From positions 27,914 to 91,913 of the forward strand of contig DPQS01000029.1 of NCBI GenBank assembly GCA_003537755.1: a stretch of DNA of 64,000 nucleotides, written 5' to 3'. A model generated the notes under the pieces. The model searched no databases. It was not told the origin of the DNA and was given only the letters and a program-made list of their open reading frames with translations. The stretch's first letter is position 1, and each line of letters opens with the position of its first letter. Below are positions 55,031-64,000 of the stretch, one piece after another. The stretch comes from Clostridiales bacterium (GTDB lineage: Bacteria; Bacillota; Clostridia; Christensenellales; CAG-314). Made by a program: the position numbers and the translations under genes.

Positions 55031-57823
55031 ATGAAAAGAAAATTGATTGGCACATTGTTGGCGATTATGCTTGTGGCTTCGTTGTTTGCGCTTATCGCAT
55101 GCGAAAAACCCGCCTACAACGTAACCGTTACAGAAAGTGCGCACGGCAAAGTGACGGCGGACCTGTCTACCGTTACCGCCGATGGCAGCGTAACGCTTAC
55201 CGTAACGCCCGACGAAGGCTACATGCTTGACGAGCTTAAGGTAAACGACGCCAAGGTTGACGTTACCGGCAACACCTACGTTGTTGCAAACGTGTCTGCC
55301 GACGTAACGATTACGGCAACATTCAAGGCTGTTACCGTGACTGTGTCCTTTAACGTTGCGCCCACGCAAAGCAAACAAGTAACCTACGGCTCTGTTTACG
55401 GCGAACTGCCTGCTCCCGTCGGACAAACCGGACAACGCTTTGTCGGTTGGTACACGCAGGAAAACGGCGAAGGAACCAAGGTGGAAGCTACAACCGCCGT
55501 TACCGCAACGAAAGACCACACCTTGTACGCATTGTTCACCGACAAGTACCTTGTAACGTTCAACTACACTTCGGGCAGCGGTCGCGAAGAAACTCGTCTT
55601 GTTGCGTACAACACGGCAATAGGAGACTTGCCCACCGTTCAGCCGCCTGTGGCAAGCATATTGTACGGATGGTTTGTCGGCGAAACCAAGATTGATAAGG
55701 ATTACCTTGTTACCGATGACATCACGGTTACGGCAAGCTACATTACGGCAGAACTGTCTCTTAAACAAGGTTCCGGCACTACTGCAATCGCAGGCTTTGC
55801 CGAAGCCACCGACAACAGCTACCCCGAAGTGAATGTAGTTGTCAAAATCGACGGCGAAGTAAAGGAAGTTGCCGTTACGTTGGAAACCACCGACAGCGCA
55901 ATTGCTACAGTCGACGGCGGCAGAGTTACAGCCGTTGCCGACGGTGAAGTGCAAATCATTGCCAAGTACAACGGCGAAGAAATTGCCCGTCTCGATGACA
56001 AAATCACATGTCGCAGTTATGCCGGCTACACAGCCGTTGCCGACAAGGCAGGTTTCCTTGCAATCAAGGACAACAAAGCAGGCAAGTACTATCTTACAGC
56101 CGACATCGACCTGGAAAACGCGGCAATGTGGGACGTAGACAACGGCTACAAGCCCCTGTTCGATGTGTTTACGGGCGTAATCGACGGTCGCGGCCACAAA
56201 GTAAGCAATGCGGTTGCTCACCCGTCGGGTTGGTTCCAGGGTATGTTTACCGAAATGAAAGGCGTAGTGCGCGATATCGCTCTTGTCAACTTCTACACGG
56301 AAACAGGCAAGGCTGCCGGTAACGGTGTGTTCGGCAACGTCAAGGGACTTGTGGAAAACGTGTATCTCGATTACAACGTTCGCTTCTCGGGCGTTCAGGA
56401 AAACCACGCGGTTGCGCCGCTTGCTTCCTATGTGGAAAACGGCGGTATTCTCAGAAACATTGTTGTCAACATGCGTACCGCAAGCAATCAATACGTTGAC
56501 GCGGCGGCGATTGCTTTCTCCGCACAAAGCTGGGGCGGCAAGGTGGAAAACGTATTTGTAATGACAAACGGCAAGTCCGTATCGGCAACAATCAGCGGCG
56601 GCTTGTACTACAAGGAGGCAGCAGAAGGCGTCGGCGACGGAATTACCAAAAACAGCGGAACATATCTGTACACTTACAGTATGCTTAGCAGCGAAACCGA
56701 GGACATCACCAAGCTCGATTCGTCGGTGTGGTCGGTACGTGAAGGCGCAGTGTACTTCCACAACACCCTTGCTCTTGCGCCTACTCCGGAGTACGACATT
56801 GTGTACAACGGCGGCAACATCGTCAAGGAATACGAAACAGAACTGCCTACTGCGGAAATACTCAACATTGTATTTTTGCATAACACGGCAAAGATGGACG
56901 AAGTGCCGACGGGCGCAACCTTTACTTCCACCAAGGAAGATGTTGCAATTGTGGGTGTAGACGACGAAGGCAATGTGTTTGTCCGCTACAACGGCGCAGG
57001 CACAACCACAATTAAAGTCACAATCGGCGAAGTGGAAGTGTCTTTTGACATCACTCTCAACCAAATCGTTCACATCGCATCGGCGGAAGATCTTCGCACC
57101 AAGATGCCCACCAGTCTTAACAGCGTAATAGTACTTGACAACGACATCGATTTGCAAATGAGCACGGTTAAGGGCGGTGACGATTGGAGCAGTTTCGGTA
57201 CATTTACCGGCACGCTTGACGGACAAGGACACAAGATTTCCAATTTCTACGTAGGTAATGGTTGGAGCGGCGGCTTCTTCTTCGCCATGAAAGGTACTAT
57301 CAGAAACATCGCTTTTGTCAATGTAAACAGTCCTTCCGTAACGGCGAATACCGCCAACGGATTGTTTGCTACGCTTGACGGCGGTGCCGTACTGGAAAAC
57401 GTGTACATCGATTACGTGTTCAATGCAAACGGCAGTGTAATCGGCAGTGACCTCAACTATGTTGCCGCAGGACCGGTTTGCGGACCTATATTCTCGGCAA
57501 CGGTAAACAACGTAATCATCAACATTCGCTTCAAGGAAGGTTTCGACTTTGCCAACATCGACAAAATCGGCGCAATCACTGGTAAGGCTTGCTCCTGGGC
57601 GTCAAAGGTGAGTAACGTCAAGGTTATCGTCAACGCGGACGTTAATCTGAAACTCTCTTACGCCGACGCGGTAGAAAACGACGGCGTTCAGAAAACGTGG
57701 ACAAACTGCGCGACATACACAAACTACGCCGCGCTAAAAGCAAGCGATTTGTCGGCGTTTAACGCAAGCGTGTGGAATTTTGCCGACGACGGATTGACCT
57801 TTGGCGAAAACAAAGTACTGTAA
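55031..57823 (+). CDS. Lipoprotein with InlB-B/Listeria-Bacteroides (Flg_new) repeats, a Big_2-like domain and two GLUG-like modules
   Basis: AAGGAG SD. Lipobox FALIAC. Y.VTVTESAHGKVTAD....VTLTVTPDEGY.LDELKVN. F.GWYT.ENGEGTKV...T.V....TLYA.F. Modules: ADIDLEN...FTGVIDGRGHKVSN and NDIDLQM...FTGTLDGQGHKISN. Confidence 0.85.
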   Translation: MKRKLIGTLLAIMLVASLFALIACEKPAYNVTVTESAHGKVTADLSTVTADGSVTLTVTPDEGYMLDELKVNDAKVDVTGNTYVVANVSADVTITATFKAVTVTVSFNVAPTQSKQVTYGSVYGELPAPVGQTGQRFVGWYTQENGEGTKVEATTAVTATKDHTLYALFTDKYLVTFNYTSGSGREETRLVAYNTAIGDLPTVQPPVASILYGWFVGETKIDKDYLVTDDITVTASYITAELSLKQGSGTTAIAGFAEATDNSYPEVNVVVKIDGEVKEVAVTLETTDSAIATVDGGRVTAVADGEVQIIAKYNGEEIARLDDKITCRSYAGYTAVADKAGFLAIKDNKAGKYYLTADIDLENAAMWDVDNGYKPLFDVFTGVIDGRGHKVSNAVAHPSGWFQGMFTEMKGVVRDIALVNFYTETGKAAGNGVFGNVKGLVENVYLDYNVRFSGVQENHAVAPLASYVENGGILRNIVVNMRTASNQYVDAAAIAFSAQSWGGKVENVFVMTNGKSVSATISGGLYYKEAAEGVGDGITKNSGTYLYTYSMLSSETEDITKLDSSVWSVREGAVYFHNTLALAPTPEYDIVYNGGNIVKEYETELPTAEILNIVFLHNTAKMDEVPTGATFTSTKEDVAIVGVDDEGNVFVRYNGAGTTTIKVTIGEVEVSFDITLNQIVHIASAEDLRTKMPTSLNSVIVLDNDIDLQMSTVKGGDDWSSFGTFTGTLDGQGHKISNFYVGNGWSGGFFFAMKGTIRNIAFVNVNSPSVTANTANGLFATLDGGAVLENVYIDYVFNANGSVIGSDLNYVAAGPVCGPIFSATVNNVIINIRFKEGFDFANIDKIGAITGKACSWASKVSNVKVIVNADVNLKLSYADAVENDGVQKTWTNCATYTNYAALKASDLSAFNASVWNFADDGLTFGENKVL

Positions 57824-57871
57824 ACAAATCTCTGTCGGGCGGTCAACCGACTGACAATTGACCGGACAAAC

Positions 57872-57899
57872 CGACGTTGCGACAATTGCCGCAGCGTCG
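57872..57899 (+). other. Stable 10-bp stem-loop without a U-tract in the 173-nt gap before the DUF4965-type gene
   Basis: CGACGTTGCG-ACAATTGC-CGCAGCGTCG (one G-U pair). GACAATTG occurs twice, at 57853 and 57881. Confidence 0.45.
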
Positions 57900-57996
57900 G
57901 GATATGTCGCGGCGCAGGTAAACTACTGCAATGCGGCAAATAAAAACAGAACCAATAAACCACGAAAAATGTAATTACTAAAAGGAAGTTTTTGTT

Positions 57997-59991
57997 ATGG
58001 TTTTGAAAGATAAAAGATTGCCGAGTTATCCGCTGATGGTCAAGGACCCGTATTTTTCCTTCTGGATGCCTGCCGACGATCCGACGGAATCGGATGTGGC
58101 TTTTTGGCACGGCGAGCCTAAACCGTTTGCGGGGGTTTTGACCGTCGACGGCAAGGAGTACCGCTTTTTGGGTAAGGGAGAGCAACCTGCGCTCAGGCTT
58201 GTCCAAACGGAAGTGACGGCATTCGACACAATCTACACGTTTGACGGCGACGACTTCACGTTTGCGGTGGATTTCTTTTCGCCGCTGCCGCCGAGCGACC
58301 CGAGCACGATGTCCCTGCCTGCCGTGTACGTCAACTACACGTTTACAAGCAAAGTCAGCCACGATGTTTCGGTAAGCCTGGCAATGGAGGAACGCGCTTG
58401 TTTCGACACCTGCCGCAAGGAAGAACGAACGGAAGAAATGCGTGTAAACAAATACGTTTTGCCTTGTTGTCAGACTGTTTCGATGGGGCTTTTGCGTCAA
58501 CTTCCGCTGTCCAACAGCATGGACGAAGTCGGCGCGGACTGGGGATATATTTATCTTTGCGGACAAACCGCAGACAGCGTCAAGAGCGACCGCGTGTGGA
58601 CAACCGTACGCAACGACCACAACGGCGCAAATAATGTCAGCGATTTTTTTGTGGTGGCGTTCGATGACATAATCTCTATTTTTTACTTCGGACAGTATTT
58701 GCCCGACTACTGGCAACGCAACGGCAAAAATATCTTTGACGTGATAGCCCACGCCTACTCTGCTCGTAGCGAAATTTTGCATACGTGTCAACAATTTGAA
58801 CACAAATTGCTTGCCGACGCGGCGTGCTACTCCGACGATTACCTGCTTACGTTGTATGCTTCGGTACGTCAATCGGTTGCCGCGCACAAGCTTGTGCAGG
58901 ACAAGGACGGCAACTTGCTGTTTCTGTCCAAGGAGTGTAACAGCGACGGTTGCATTGCCACCGTGGATGTCACCTATCCGTCCATGCCGATGTATCTGTT
59001 GTACAATCCCGAGTTGGTCAAGGGAATGATTTTGCCGATATTCAAGTTTGCGCGCATGGCTGTGTGGAACAAGCCTTTTGCTCCGCACGACGTGGGCATC
59101 TATCCATATTGTCTCGGACAGTACTACGCCGTCAAAAACGGCAGCGAGTGTCGCGATATGACGGTGCACAGTTGGATTGCGCCCGAGGTGTTGCCGTTCT
59201 ACTACCAACTGCCGGCAGATTACGACTTGTTTGACTTCAATCGCCAGATGCCGGTGGAGGAAAGCGGCAACATGATCATTGTCACCTGGTTGTACTACGC
59301 AGTCAGCGGCGACAAGCAGATTCTGGAAGAAAACTTCGACTTGTTCGAAACGTGGGTCAAGTACCTTGTCCGGTACGGACTTGTGCCGGACTGCCAATTG
59401 TGTACCGACGACTTTGCAGGGCATCTGGACAAAAATGCCAACCTTGCCGTCAAGTCCATTGTCGGTATGTATTGCTTTGCCAAGATGGCGGAGGCGTTGA
59501 ACAAACCCGATCTTGCGGCGGAGTACTACGCATTGGCGCGTAACTATGCCGGGCAGTGGAAGACGTTGTACAACGACGGTGACCACACTATGTTGTGTCT
59601 GGACAATCACGATTCGTACAGCCTCAAATACAACATGGCAATCGACAAATTGCTGGGGGCAGGCTTGTTTGACGACGATATCGTGGACAAGGAGTTGCGC
59701 TACTACGACAAGGTTGCAGGCAAGTACGGAGTGCCGCTGGACACGCGCAACACCTACACCAAGACCGACTGGATGTTGTGGGTGGCTGCGCTGGGCGACA
59801 ATACGGAAGTGAACAAATATGCGTCGTACATAGTCAACTTTTTTGCCGACACAACTCAGCGAGTTCCTTTCTCCGATTGGATTGACACCAAAGAGCCAAA
59901 GTATTATACTTTCCGTAACCGCACCGTGCAGGGCGGATTGTTTCTGCCTATACTCAAGGCACAGTGGAGTGAACTATGCAAAACAAAATAG
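57997..59991 (+). CDS. DUF5127/DUF4965/DUF1793 (glutaminase-A-like) putative glycoside hydrolase, cytoplasmic
   Basis: AAAGGAAG SD. The N-terminus LPSYPLMVKDPYFSFWMP.....FWHGEPKPFAGVLTVDGKEYRFLG matches the characteristic start of this family as I recall it. No signal peptide. Confidence 0.75.
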   Translation: MVLKDKRLPSYPLMVKDPYFSFWMPADDPTESDVAFWHGEPKPFAGVLTVDGKEYRFLGKGEQPALRLVQTEVTAFDTIYTFDGDDFTFAVDFFSPLPPSDPSTMSLPAVYVNYTFTSKVSHDVSVSLAMEERACFDTCRKEERTEEMRVNKYVLPCCQTVSMGLLRQLPLSNSMDEVGADWGYIYLCGQTADSVKSDRVWTTVRNDHNGANNVSDFFVVAFDDIISIFYFGQYLPDYWQRNGKNIFDVIAHAYSARSEILHTCQQFEHKLLADAACYSDDYLLTLYASVRQSVAAHKLVQDKDGNLLFLSKECNSDGCIATVDVTYPSMPMYLLYNPELVKGMILPIFKFARMAVWNKPFAPHDVGIYPYCLGQYYAVKNGSECRDMTVHSWIAPEVLPFYYQLPADYDLFDFNRQMPVEESGNMIIVTWLYYAVSGDKQILEENFDLFETWVKYLVRYGLVPDCQLCTDDFAGHLDKNANLAVKSIVGMYCFAKMAEALNKPDLAAEYYALARNYAGQWKTLYNDGDHTMLCLDNHDSYSLKYNMAIDKLLGAGLFDDDIVDKELRYYDKVAGKYGVPLDTRNTYTKTDWMLWVAALGDNTEVNKYASYIVNFFADTTQRVPFSDWIDTKEPKYYTFRNRTVQGGLFLPILKAQWSELCKTK

Positions 59992-61820
59992 TTTTTGTAC
60001 CGCAACCTAAAAAAGTCGTTTACCAAAACGGCTTTTTGCCTTTTGAAGGCTTTGTTTTGGCGCAACGCAAGGTTTTTGGCGGACATACGTTGACCGGGTT
60101 GCAACCGTTTATTGCGGCAAACGGCGTTACGCTTGCTGCACAACAAAATGCCGCATTAGGGTCGCAAGCATACGTCATTACCGTAGACAAGACGGGCGTG
60201 ACGGTGCAGTATGCTACGCAGACAGGATTGCATTACGCCGTGCTTACTCTTTTGCAGGCGGCTAAGCAGTGCAAGGGAAAACTTCCTTTTATGTGCGTGC
60301 ATGATGAGCCGGACTTTGTCAGCCGCGGCTTTATGCTGGACATTTCGCGTAATAAGGTGCCTACGCTTGCCACGCTCAAAAAACTTGTCGACTATCTGTC
60401 CGACGTCAAGGTGAACATGTTGCAGTTGTATGTCGAAGGGCGTTCTTTCTACTACCCGTCCAAGGCGGAGTGTTACTCGCGCCCCGACGATTATCTTACC
60501 TCCGCCGACATAGTCGCGCTTAAAAAATACGCCGAACAACGCTTTGTTTCGCTTGTGCCGTGCGGCAACTGCTACGGACACATGACTTATTGGCTCAATC
60601 AGCCGCAGTACAACCGTCTTGCCTATTCGCCGAACGGTTTCGATTGGAGCAAGGACGGCTTGCATTGCCCGGCAGGCACGTTGAACCCTGCCGACCCCGA
60701 CAGTGTACGGTTTGTCAGAGGCTTGTTTGATGACATGTTGCCTGCTTTCGGCAACGCGGGATTGTTCAACATCGGCGGCGACGAACCGTTTGACACCATT
60801 TACGGCGAACATGCGCTCGACGACGACGGCGAAACCTACTTTTCCTACATGCAACAAATTTGCGCCGACGTGCGTAGCCGCGGACTGACCCCCATGATGT
60901 GGGGCGACGTGGCGCACAACCACCCCGACAAAATAGACCGTCTCGGCGATGTGGTGTACCTGGAATGGCACTACGACAAAGGCTTGTTTAACGATGAGTG
61001 TTGTCGTGTGTATGCGCAAAAGGGTGCGCGGTTTTACGTGTGTCCGTCGTCGGGGCTGTACAGCTCGGTGACGGGCAAGACGGACAACATGCTTGCCAAC
61101 ATCGCCGAAGCGGCGTACTACGGCAAAAAGCACGGCGCGGAAGGAATGCTCAACACCGATTGGGGCGACGGAGCGTCAAGTCAAAGTTTTGTTTCGAGCG
61201 TGTATTGTCAGGGCGTTGCGGCGTGCTACTCCTGGAATGCAACCTGTTTTGACGACGGTGAGTTGCAACAGTGGTTGAACGACAATGTGTACGGGTGCAA
61301 TCTGTCGGCAATTGTTGCCGACCTTGGCAGATACGTCAATTTGCAAAAGCAGAAGATGAACATGATTCCGTTTTTGTTCAGCGCACTGTATATTCGCGGA
61401 CTGGACTGCATGCAGGTGGACTACGACAACTATTCCGACCCGTTGGCATTTTTCCGCCGTGACGAACTGTTGACCACCGACGAGAGTAACGACACGCAGG
61501 CATTTCTGGATGACATCAGGGCGCGACTCGACAGCGTGGACAACGGCAATCTGTATTGCGCCGAAGCTCGCTATGCGCTGGACATGCTGACGTGGGCGGT
61601 TATGCACACGCGAGTGTGTCGCGGCTTGCGCAACGACAACCCCGACGTGGGACTTGTGCGTCAAACGGCGGATTTTGGTGAAAAATGCGTATTGCAACAC
61701 AAGCAGGTATGGTTTGCGCGCAACAAGCGCAGCGACTACGCAAAGGCGTCGTTCAGGTGGACAAGATTGGTAAAAAAATACAGACAGTTGTTGTCGGAAT
61801 TGACTGCAAAAAGGAAATGA
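59976..61820 (+). CDS. GH20 beta-N-acetylhexosaminidase-like enzyme, cytoplasmic
   Basis: It overlaps the upstream gene by 16 nt. Motifs: HDEPDFVSRGFMLDISRNKVP...LKKLVDYLSDVKVNMLQLYVEG and FNIGGDEP (catalytic D-E pair). Confidence 0.8.
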   Translation: MQNKIVFVPQPKKVVYQNGFLPFEGFVLAQRKVFGGHTLTGLQPFIAANGVTLAAQQNAALGSQAYVITVDKTGVTVQYATQTGLHYAVLTLLQAAKQCKGKLPFMCVHDEPDFVSRGFMLDISRNKVPTLATLKKLVDYLSDVKVNMLQLYVEGRSFYYPSKAECYSRPDDYLTSADIVALKKYAEQRFVSLVPCGNCYGHMTYWLNQPQYNRLAYSPNGFDWSKDGLHCPAGTLNPADPDSVRFVRGLFDDMLPAFGNAGLFNIGGDEPFDTIYGEHALDDDGETYFSYMQQICADVRSRGLTPMMWGDVAHNHPDKIDRLGDVVYLEWHYDKGLFNDECCRVYAQKGARFYVCPSSGLYSSVTGKTDNMLANIAEAAYYGKKHGAEGMLNTDWGDGASSQSFVSSVYCQGVAACYSWNATCFDDGELQQWLNDNVYGCNLSAIVADLGRYVNLQKQKMNMIPFLFSALYIRGLDCMQVDYDNYSDPLAFFRRDELLTTDESNDTQAFLDDIRARLDSVDNGNLYCAEARYALDMLTWAVMHTRVCRGLRNDNPDVGLVRQTADFGEKCVLQHKQVWFARNKRSDYAKASFRWTRLVKKYRQLLSELTAKRK

Positions 61821-61890
61821 TATGAAAAACAGCGAGTATCGATTGATGCATAATCAGCCGCCGTCACAAGCCGAGGCTTGACCACCATTT

Positions 61891-61923
61891 AGTTACAGCC
61901 ACAAATAGTTTATGGCTGTAACT
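61891..61923 (+). other. Perfect 11-bp stem / 11-nt loop hairpin upstream of the GH32 gene
   Basis: AGTTACAGCCA-caaatagttta-TGGCTGTAACT. No U-tract follows. It lies 38 nt upstream of the ATG at 61961. Confidence 0.5.
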
Positions 61924-61960
61924 CTAATCGTGCACGCTCGGGTGCCAAAAATTATTAGAG

Positions 61961-63406
61961 ATGATTAAACCTATGAAAAAAGATTACTACAAGCCCGTTT
62001 ACCACTTTTCGGCTTCCGATGGTTGGCTGAACGATCCAAACGGATTGGTGTACTTCAATGGTAAGTACCACATGTTTTATCAGTATCACCAAAACTGTCA
62101 CATAGGACAGCCCGATCGCGTACAGTGGGGACATGCCGTAAGTAATGATATGGTAAAGTGGCGCGACTTGCCGGTTGCGCTTGTACCTGGCGAAAAGTAC
62201 GACAAGGACGGCTGTTGGTCGGGTACGGCTGCGGTAAAAGACGGCAAGTTGTATTTGTTATACACAGGTTTTGTTCGTACAAAAAACGGAAGCAGACAGA
62301 CTCAATGTCTGGCGTGGTCCGACGACGGGATACATTTTGAAAAGTATGCGAAAAACCCCGTAATAGGATCGGATAAAATACCGAAGTATGCGTCCGTGCA
62401 GGATTTTCGCGACCCGGACATTTTCCTTTGCAACGGCAAATACTACGTAGTTGTCGGATCTCATACTAACAGAGGCGTTCCGCAGGTATTGTTGTACAGT
62501 ACCGAAAATTTGTTCGATTACGAGTACTGCGGAGTTATGAGTAAGCGTTCCCGTGCGGGTAAGATGTGGGAATGTCCCAACTTTGTTCGATTCGGCGAAA
62601 AGCAGTCGCTTATCGTGTCGCCTATCGAGTATCCGTCGGACGGCTACAAGTGCGTTAACTTGAATTCCACCGTGTACGGCGTAGGTAAACTCGATTTTTC
62701 GGAGGGCAAGTTTGCAATGGGTTCCTTGCGCGAACTGGACGCGGGGTGTGATTTCTATGCCACAAGATGTATTCAGCTTGATGACGAAACACCCGTTATG
62801 GTCGCCTGGGCGCAAACGTGGGGACGTAAAAACGTCACTATGGACAATGGTTTCGGTTGGGGCGGCGTAGTAACACTGCCTCGCGTTATGTCGTTGAGTA
62901 AAGGAAAAATACGCCAAAAACCTATTTCGGCAATAAGCAAATATTGCAAAAATAAAGTAAAGATAGAGTGTAATTTTGACGGGAAAAAGCAATTTGACGG
63001 TGTTTCCGGCAGGACGGTAAGACTGAAAGGCAAGGTTTCGTCGCATGGCGCAAACTATTTCAGGATACGGTTCTTTGTCGGGGACGGATATTACGCCGAG
63101 TTTGTTTTCGACACGGTCAACAATGTATGCAAATTCGACCGCTCTGCCTCGCAACATGCGCAAGGCGGCATGGATAATGACGAAAACTCCGACAACGGCA
63201 TACGTTTTGTAGAGTACAGAGGCAAAAAGGGCGAAGTTTCTTTTGACCTGTTTCTGGACAACTGCATTGCCGAATTGTTTATAAACGGCGGCGCGACAAC
63301 GGCTACAAACCTTGTTTACAACCCGCAAAACGCCGACGGAATTGAGTTTGAAACGGACGGAGAATGCACACTGTCGCTTACCAAGTACGACATTGTTGTC
63401 GATTAA
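61961..63406 (+). CDS. GH32 beta-fructofuranosidase (sucrose-6-phosphate hydrolase/invertase-like), cytoplasmic
   Basis: YHFSASDGWLNDPNGLVYFNGKYHMFYQY (nucleophile block), FRDPDIF (RDP), MWECPNF (EC acid/base). The start could also be the ATG at 61973. Confidence 0.9.
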   Translation: MIKPMKKDYYKPVYHFSASDGWLNDPNGLVYFNGKYHMFYQYHQNCHIGQPDRVQWGHAVSNDMVKWRDLPVALVPGEKYDKDGCWSGTAAVKDGKLYLLYTGFVRTKNGSRQTQCLAWSDDGIHFEKYAKNPVIGSDKIPKYASVQDFRDPDIFLCNGKYYVVVGSHTNRGVPQVLLYSTENLFDYEYCGVMSKRSRAGKMWECPNFVRFGEKQSLIVSPIEYPSDGYKCVNLNSTVYGVGKLDFSEGKFAMGSLRELDAGCDFYATRCIQLDDETPVMVAWAQTWGRKNVTMDNGFGWGGVVTLPRVMSLSKGKIRQKPISAISKYCKNKVKIECNFDGKKQFDGVSGRTVRLKGKVSSHGANYFRIRFFVGDGYYAEFVFDTVNNVCKFDRSASQHAQGGMDNDENSDNGIRFVEYRGKKGEVSFDLFLDNCIAELFINGGATTATNLVYNPQNADGIEFETDGECTLSLTKYDIVVD

Positions 63407-63422
63407 AAATCGTAAAAAATTT

Positions 63423-64000
63423 ATGTGGAAACAGAAACTGTGCCTTGCCACAAACGAACAATTCGGCGAGGCGGAAGAACGACAAATAGAACTTATTCGC
63501 GCGGCAGGATTTGACGGCTTTTTCTGTATGTACGCCGACGGCAAAGATCTTGGCTCGGTGCGACGGATTGCCGATAGTTGCGGCGCGTACTTCCAGTCGG
63601 TGCACGCGCCCTTTGTGTCAATGCGTAAATTATGGTACCCCGGCGACAATACGCCTGCTGCAGTCGATGAACTGCTGCATTGCATACGGGACACGGCAAA
63701 TGTCGGAGTGTCGACGGTAGTTATGCATGCGTTTATCGGATTTGACGACCACGTGCCAACACAACAGGGCTTGGACAACGTGAACTTTCTTGTGGACGAA
63801 GCCAAGAGGTGTAACGTGCGTCTTGCATTTGAAAACACCGAGGGTGAAGAGTACCTTGCGGCAATTATGCAGGCTTTTGGCGACCGTCCGTACGTCGGTT
63901 TTTGTTGGGATTCGGGACACGAGATGTGCTATAATCACAGCCGTGACATGCTTGCGCTGTATGGCGACAGGCTGTTTTGTACGCACCTCAACGACAACCT
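63423..64000 (+). CDS. Xylose-isomerase-like TIM-barrel (sugar phosphate isomerase/epimerase family) protein, 3' end beyond the window
   Basis: My own translation from the ATG at 63423 stays open to the edge: MWKQKLCLATNEQFGEAEERQIELIRAAGFDGFF...VRLAFENTEGEEY...VGFCWDSGHE...LFCTHLNDN. It is absent from the ORF track because no stop lies in the window. Confidence 0.75.
   Translation, partial: MWKQKLCLATNEQFGEAEERQIELIRAAGFDGFFCMYADGKDLGSVRRIADSCGAYFQSVHAPFVSMRKLWYPGDNTPAAVDELLHCIRDTANVGVSTVVMHAFIGFDDHVPTQQGLDNVNFLVDEAKRCNVRLAFENTEGEEYLAAIMQAFGDRPYVGFCWDSGHEMCYNHSRDMLALYGDRLFCTHLNDN

Noticed and set aside
54692-57232. 846-aa minus-strand ORF, the longest antisense ORF in the track
   Set aside because: It is exactly codon-aligned antisense to the well-supported lipoprotein gene 55031..57823 (57230-55031=3x733). 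Its sequence is rich in Arg, Cys, Val and His and has no SD, signal or motifs. It is a shadow ORF that stays open because the sense gene avoids TTA/CTA/TCA codons.
57724-59610. 628-aa minus-strand ORF
   Set aside because: It is codon-aligned antisense to the DUF4965-type gene (59608-57997=3x537), whose N-terminal family signature is clear. The antisense product has low-complexity R/V/H-rich composition.
61891-61923. Hairpin upstream of GH32 as a SacY/SacT-type RAT antiterminator target
   Set aside because: Only a short GTTAC(A/T)G resemblance to the RAT consensus exists. A perfect 11-bp stem is unlike the bulged RAT structure. There is no overlapping terminator and no BglG/SacY-family gene nearby.
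1-64000. Search for mobile elements, phage, defence or toxin-antitoxin genes
   Set aside because: I recognised no transposase, integrase, recombinase, restriction-modification, Cas, abortive-infection or toxin-like ORFs in any frame. Apart from the junction at 15.3-16.2 kb, I saw no terminal inverted repeats or target-site duplications.

Overview
The window is one long, almost entirely plus-strand carbohydrate-utilisation supercluster. The genome looks Gram-positive (Bacillota/Clostridia-like). That is inferred only from GGAGG-type Shine-Dalgarno sites, many lipobox lipoproteins and ABC sugar importers that lack an ATPase gene. I call 35 protein genes: two are cut by the window edges and one is frameshifted. 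I see no rRNA, tRNA, CRISPR, transposase or integrase. There are four units. (A) 0.4-15.3 kb is linked to a LacI-family regulator. It holds a 1415-aa lipoprotein with an unassigned putative catalytic core, a 1079-aa repeat-module lipoprotein, a binding protein plus two permeases, a signal-less paralog of the same core, and a GH130. (B) 16.2-19.9 kb holds a YesL-like membrane protein, a GH29 fucosidase, an SGNH esterase and a GH130. (C) 21.2-40.5 kb is linked to an AraC-family regulator. It holds a GH130, a binding protein plus two permeases, a 1408-aa Ig-rich secreted protein, a DUF4838-like lipoprotein, a Big_2/GLUG-like protein, a cadherin-like repeat lipoprotein, a GH20-like protein and a GH1. 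(D) 41.0 kb to the right edge is linked to an ArsR-like regulator and repeats the unit C cassette gene for gene. It then continues with a DUF4965-type protein, GH20, GH32 and a TIM-barrel isomerase. The most interesting points follow. The seven-gene cassette is duplicated, and three of its genes (giant Ig-rich protein, DUF4838-like, beta-helix-like) have no known role. A secreted/cytoplasmic paralog pair shares an unassigned core. A ~125-aa module of unknown family recurs many times. A duplicated Cys-rich stalk follows one lipobox. One binding-protein gene is frameshifted. A 0.9-kb AT-rich gap carries 23-bp phased repeats and sits at a codon-usage boundary. An ATACGTAT-centred motif recurs between genes. 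All family assignments are from motif recognition by eye; no searches were run.
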